Positions 59,919-64,000 of a stretch of DNA of 64,000 nt are shown here, in pieces. The stretch is taken from contig CATQHZ020000001.1 of NCBI GenBank assembly GCA_958296135.2, positions 4,320,001 through 4,384,000 of the forward strand, read 5' to 3'. Made by a program: the position numbers and the translations under genes. Within the stretch, counting starts at the first letter, position 1. Each line of letters starts with the position of its first letter. Source of the stretch: an uncultured Poribacteria bacterium (GTDB lineage Bacteria; Poribacteria; WGA-4E; WGA-3G). The notes beneath the pieces are model-generated. The model worked only from the letters and a program-made list of their open reading frames with translations, was not told where the DNA came from and searched no databases.

Positions 59919-60533
59919 TCAGCAGCACCGGAGAGCAGCCTCTGTCGCGGCTCCGAATACCGAATCAACCACGCCGAGTAGTGCAGGCAAATCATCCGAG
60001 GTAAAACTGGTTCGGTTTCGTGCAAAGACATCCCCGACGAGCCGCCCAAACTCCCACAATTTTCCATCGGTGACAATGCCATGCACAGGAGTCGCCGCAT
60101 CATCATTTATCCTTTGCGCGGCCACCAATTCAGCGAGACATTGGCCCCAGCCTTGCTCAAAGTCGTTTTTCTTTGCCTCAACCATCATTATCAAGGGACT
60201 GCCGACAACGGGGATTCCCAGTTTCGACCGGGTCGCGACGAAGTAATCGGGGGTACCGCTCAAGGTTTCGTCACAAACGATGGATTTCTTTATCCAGAGC
60301 GCGTAATCCTTGGCATACGCCTTATAGACTTCCTTCAGAACCGGAAAGATAACCGCCTCACACCGCGCTCCCTCGGACGCGAAAACGTCAATATACTGCT
60401 GGTTAAATTCAAAGTCTTGCAGAAAATGCTCCGACAGGGTGGAAACTTCACCCTTGACGAAGTCATAGCGCATGTAGGTAATCTGAAAGGTTTCTAGCAC
60501 TTCAGGAATGGTGTTGAAATCGCTAAAGGCCAT
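59919..60533 (-). CDS. Hypothetical protein with a PD-(D/E)XK nuclease-like motif
   Basis: GTPDYF...VEAKK..FEQGWGQCLAEL...GIVTDG..WEFG. Confidence 0.7.
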   Translation of the reverse strand: MAFSDFNTIPEVLETFQITYMRYDFVKGEVSTLSEHFLQDFEFNQQYIDVFASEGARCEAVIFPVLKEVYKAYAKDYALWIKKSIVCDETLSGTPDYFVATRSKLGIPVVGSPLIMMVEAKKNDFEQGWGQCLAELVAAQRINDDAATPVHGIVTDGKLWEFGRLVGDVFARNRTSFTSDDLPALLGVVDSVFGAATEAALRCC

Positions 60534-60547
60534 GGATGCCACCTCAA

Positions 60548-61396
60548 TTAAACGGCCGTGCCCATGATAATCTTCGTGACTCCTTCGTTAAGACTACCCG
60601 AACGGTAACCCTGCAAATCCAGCGTGACGTGCGCGTATCCCAACACCTTGAAATGTTCGCTGATTTGTTGACGCGCCCCCGCATGGAGGAATCGCGACAT
60701 CTCCGCCGGTTCCAACTCAATCCGGGCAAGCTCTCCATGGTGCCGCACTCGGAACTGACGAATGCCTAAATCGTAAAGGAATTGCTCGGCTGCATCGACT
60801 TGCCGCAGCAATTCGCGCGTAATCCGCATACCATACGGAAAACGGGAGGACAAACACGCGAACGCGGGCTTATCCCACGTCGGAAGCTCCCACGCCTTTG
60901 AAATCTCGCGTATCTCCGCCTTCGTCAGGTTGACATCGATGAGCGGTGCCTGGATACCCATCCGCTTCGCCGCGTCCATCCCCGGCCGATGATCGCCCAC
61001 ATCGTCCGGAATCGCGCCGTAGACAATAGTGCCGACATCGTAGCTCTCGGCGATAGGACGGAGTTTGTCAAACAACTCTGTCTTGCAGAAATAACAGCGA
61101 TTTGTCGGATTGCTGGCGTAGCCTTCCAACGCCAATTCCTCGGTATGCACCGTTTCAAAGCGGATGCCGAGCTGCTTAGCGATATCCTGTGCCGCCCGCA
61201 TCTCGCGGATGGGATAAGAATCGGATATCGCAGTGACAGCAAGCGCATTGTCACCGAGCGCGTGCTGCGCCGCCTCCGCGAGGAAAGTGCTATCCACTCC
61301 TCCCGAAAAGGCAACGATAACCTTTTGATACTCGCGCAAGCAGGAGTAGAGCGCGTCTACCTTCGCTTGCAGGATGGACGATTCCAATGTTTTCAT
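60548..61396 (-). CDS. larE: ATP-dependent sacrificial sulfur transferase LarE family protein
   Basis: AFSGGVDS, RCYFCK, HRPG, CLSSRFPYG and GYRSGSLN motifs. Confidence 0.92.
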   Translation of the reverse strand: MKTLESSILQAKVDALYSCLREYQKVIVAFSGGVDSTFLAEAAQHALGDNALAVTAISDSYPIREMRAAQDIAKQLGIRFETVHTEELALEGYASNPTNRCYFCKTELFDKLRPIAESYDVGTIVYGAIPDDVGDHRPGMDAAKRMGIQAPLIDVNLTKAEIREISKAWELPTWDKPAFACLSSRFPYGMRITRELLRQVDAAEQFLYDLGIRQFRVRHHGELARIELEPAEMSRFLHAGARQQISEHFKVLGYAHVTLDLQGYRSGSLNEGVTKIIMGTAV

Positions 61397-61420
61397 TGAC
61401 TCTCTCCTCCCGAGTCTCTC

Positions 61421-62023
61421 TTAACGCGGACGTTCCGCTAACTGAATCTGCCGCAACTGCGAACTGAGCAACTGCCGTTTCAAACCGCTGAGCCTGTCAA
61501 TAAACAAAACTCCGTTGAGATGATCGATCTCGTGTTGCAGCGCACGCGCCAACAAGCCATCTGCCTCAATCCGAACCCGTTCACGCGCAACGTTAATCCC
61601 TTCGACGACAACTTTCTCCGGACGCTTCACATCGGCGGTGACATCCGGAATACTCAGGCACCCTTCCTCCGCGACAGCTTCCCCCTCCGCACTCAGGATT
61701 TCGGGGTTAAACAACATCACCGGCTCGTATGCCTCGTCGTCATCCTCACCTACGTCAACGATAAGGAAGCGTTTCAAAACGCCCACCTGCGTTGCAGCAA
61801 GCCCAATACCGTTGCCGGTGGCATACATCGTTATCAGCATTTCCTCCGCGAGTTGGAGCTCCGCGGCGGTAATTTCCTCAACCGGTTCAGCCTTCTTGCG
61901 GAGAACCGGGTCACCGTAGTAGCGGAGTTGCAGGGGGGCCGTTTGGCGCAAACACGGTTCTTCTTCAACCACCGCATCGGCAGCTGGCTGCGGATCTTTA
62001 GGTTTTCTTTTTCGTCTTGGCAT
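61421..62023 (-). CDS. def: Peptide deformylase
   Basis: GIGLAATQVG, EGCLS and QHEIDHLNG motifs. Confidence 0.97.
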   Translation of the reverse strand: MPRRKRKPKDPQPAADAVVEEEPCLRQTAPLQLRYYGDPVLRKKAEPVEEITAAELQLAEEMLITMYATGNGIGLAATQVGVLKRFLIVDVGEDDDEAYEPVMLFNPEILSAEGEAVAEEGCLSIPDVTADVKRPEKVVVEGINVARERVRIEADGLLARALQHEIDHLNGVLFIDRLSGLKRQLLSSQLRQIQLAERPR

Positions 62024-62317
62024 TCTGTTAGACCTGGGTTCTTTTAAGATATTTTAATATTTTAACGTTTTTGTCACATTTTGTCAAGAAAAATCTCGAA
62101 AAATCGAAATACAGATTGCATGTCACCCAGGACATTTGCGTTTTCAAACTCCGGTCGTGGATATGAGAACTGAATTGCTCTGGCACGCCACCAGAACTTT
62201 GTAATTCTGAGAACTTACCTGCTAATCCTCTCACCGGTCATCTCTGCAGACAACGCAGCGGATATGTCTTTCTTGTAGACGTAACCCTGCAAGTTCGCGA
62301 TTCAGACAAAAATATTC

Positions 62318-62421
62318 TTGACAATTTTTTTTGAAAAATTGTATCATAATTTGCAAGTGCCAATTAGCAATTCCTTTTTTGAATTTTTTCGCTTGACAAT
62401 TTTTTGAAAATTTGCCATAAT
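62318..62421 (+). promoter_or_regulatory. Two tandem sigma70-type promoters with similar spacers
   Basis: TTGACA at 62318 and 62393, each followed by a T-run/GAAAA spacer and TATCAT or CATAAT. Confidence 0.6.
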
Positions 62422-62473
62422 GAGGCAAAAGTTGAAGAAAAATTGTCTTACCAACTCAGGAGGCAAGTTCAGA

Positions 62474-63307
62474 ATGAAAAAGTTTTATTTGTTTACCCTC
62501 GCAACGATGCTGATTTTTGCCCTAATCGGGGGGGGGCAAATCGACTCTGCGTTCGCGCAGAAAGTCAACATCATAGGCGGCCCGATAAAAGAGGCCGATT
62601 GGATGAAGAACCCCGGAAAAGCCGCGCTCAACGAAAACCATGCCGCGGAGAAGACGTGGATTACCAAGTGGTACGGCCCCGAAGGCAACTACGAAAACAA
62701 CGGGTCCTTCCAAGCCTCCGCGCCGAAGGACCTCATTGACGAAGGCACCAATGGCAAACTGACGCAGATTTCCCTCTCCACCGTCGCCGGGCTGCAAAAA
62801 ACCAAAACCATCAAAATGGCGTGGGATAAAGAGCACGGGGGCACACGAGAGTGGACCGTCTTTGAAATCGAACCGGCGAACGGTGACAATATGAACCGCG
62901 ACGGCCCTGTGGATAATATTGATACCTACGGTATCGTCGTGATTGCCGCACCCGAGGATATGAAAGCCGTCATGTCACCCGCGCACGATGACCACGCGCA
63001 AATCTGGATTAACGGCGAAAAGTGGTACAACAACTCCGAATGGACAGGTGCCGCGCAGGAAGTTGATTTCAACATCGAAGTCCAATTGCAAAAAGGCGCG
63101 AATGTCTTGCTTTACCGCGTCGGCGAAAGCGGCGGATCCGCTTACCTCAATCTGCACTTTGACGACAACACCCACAGAGTCGCCAAAATCTATCCTGACA
63201 AATCCGATGACCAGGACAGCTTCTTCAAGGAAGTTGCAGGTGTCCTAGCGGTGGACCCTGTCGGAAAGGCGACAACGACGTGGGCTGACATCAAGCGCAA
63301 TCGTTAA
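62474..63307 (+). CDS. Secreted protein (beta-sandwich, HDDHAQIWING) with the conserved C-terminal tail
   Basis: MKKF signal peptide and C-terminal AVDPVGKATTTWADIK. Confidence 0.8.
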   Translation: MKKFYLFTLATMLIFALIGGGQIDSAFAQKVNIIGGPIKEADWMKNPGKAALNENHAAEKTWITKWYGPEGNYENNGSFQASAPKDLIDEGTNGKLTQISLSTVAGLQKTKTIKMAWDKEHGGTREWTVFEIEPANGDNMNRDGPVDNIDTYGIVVIAAPEDMKAVMSPAHDDHAQIWINGEKWYNNSEWTGAAQEVDFNIEVQLQKGANVLLYRVGESGGSAYLNLHFDDNTHRVAKIYPDKSDDQDSFFKEVAGVLAVDPVGKATTTWADIKRNR

Positions 63308-63444
63308 GCGCGAGCCCATTTCGGCGGAAGCATCCGCTCCCGCCACTTATCCCACTGAACTGTAGGGCAAGCTCGCCCGAGCTCGCCGCTTCGGGAGTGG
63401 ACGAAGAGGGACAAACCCCTCAGCAGCATTCTTGTTATTTTTTC

Positions 63445-63473
63445 TTGACAAATTTGCGTTGAAAGACTATAAT
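63445..63473 (+). promoter_or_regulatory. Consensus sigma70 promoter
   Basis: TTGACA-17 bp-TATAAT. Confidence 0.85.
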
Positions 63474-63552
63474 TTTGTCATGAATACTATGAGACGCGCG
63501 GAAACAACATTGTTTCCGCGCAAAACTTACCGTAAATAATAAAGGAGTTCAA

Positions 63553-64000
63553 ATGAACACATTTTCTCGTTTGACGCTCGCGATGGCGATGCTTTTCGCC
63601 CTCGCTGTCAGTTTCTCGCACTTCGCCACCGCGCAGGGCGTTGTGAACATTTCGGGCGGCCCACTCGCCGAAGACGCGCACCTGGAAGATCCGACAGAGG
63701 CCCCACTGAACGAAGACCACGCCGATGTTGAAACGTGGATTACCAAATGGTATGGACCTGAAGGTAACTACGAAGATAACGGCGGATTCCAAGCCTCGGC
63801 CGCCATTGATATCATGGATGAAGGCACCAGCGGTAAAATCACCGATGCCTCCCTCTCCACACTGGAAGGGCTGCTCCTCACGCAGACTACCGATGTCGTC
63901 TGGGGCGATGACCACGGCGGCACACGCGCCTGGACCGTCTTTGAAATCGACCCGGCCGATGGAGACAATATGAACCGCGGCGGCCCTGTTGATAACATCG
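63553..64000 (+). CDS. Tandem paralogue of 62474-63307; runs off the window end and is not in the ORF track
   Basis: AAGGAG RBS and MNTFSRL signal peptide. It shares TWITKWYGPEGNYE, HGGTR.WTVFEI and GDNMNR.GPVDNI with the upstream gene. Confidence 0.85.
   Translation, partial: MNTFSRLTLAMAMLFALAVSFSHFATAQGVVNISGGPLAEDAHLEDPTEAPLNEDHADVETWITKWYGPEGNYEDNGGFQASAAIDIMDEGTSGKITDASLSTLEGLLLTQTTDVVWGDDHGGTRAWTVFEIDPADGDNMNRGGPVDNI

Overview
GC-rich bacterial chromosome segment. Several traits point to Candidatus Poribacteria or a similar lineage (inference): PhyH dioxygenases, sulfatases with a maturase, LamG and TolB-like secreted proteins, and a shared C-terminal 'AVxxxGKxxTxWxxIK' tail. Housekeeping genes include miaA, ppk2, ubiE/menG, pheST with a T-box, infC-rpmI-rplT, iscS, lpoB, thrS, glnA-glnB, dcd, larE and def. 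Two accessory or defence-like patches stand out. The first (1-7.3 kb) holds a methyltransferase-nuclease fusion, a duplicated RelE-type toxin-antitoxin pair whose interface block differs between copies, and DUF488-DUF488-(OB-like::RecQ). The second (19.7-22.4 kb) is an array of genes with repeated leaders ending in a TIR-domain gene, followed by two silent partial copies of that gene. GTAG-tagged REP-like palindromes pervade the window: they supply stop codons, sit in frame inside proteins including PheT, mark truncation junctions and host nested mini-modules. Other signals are a conserved ECF-type promoter shared by a sigma-factor gene and a distant operon, and a ~200-nt rod-like RNA between infC and rpmI. 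No rRNA, tRNA, CRISPR array or intact transposase was seen. All calls come from motif recognition by eye; no database searches were run.
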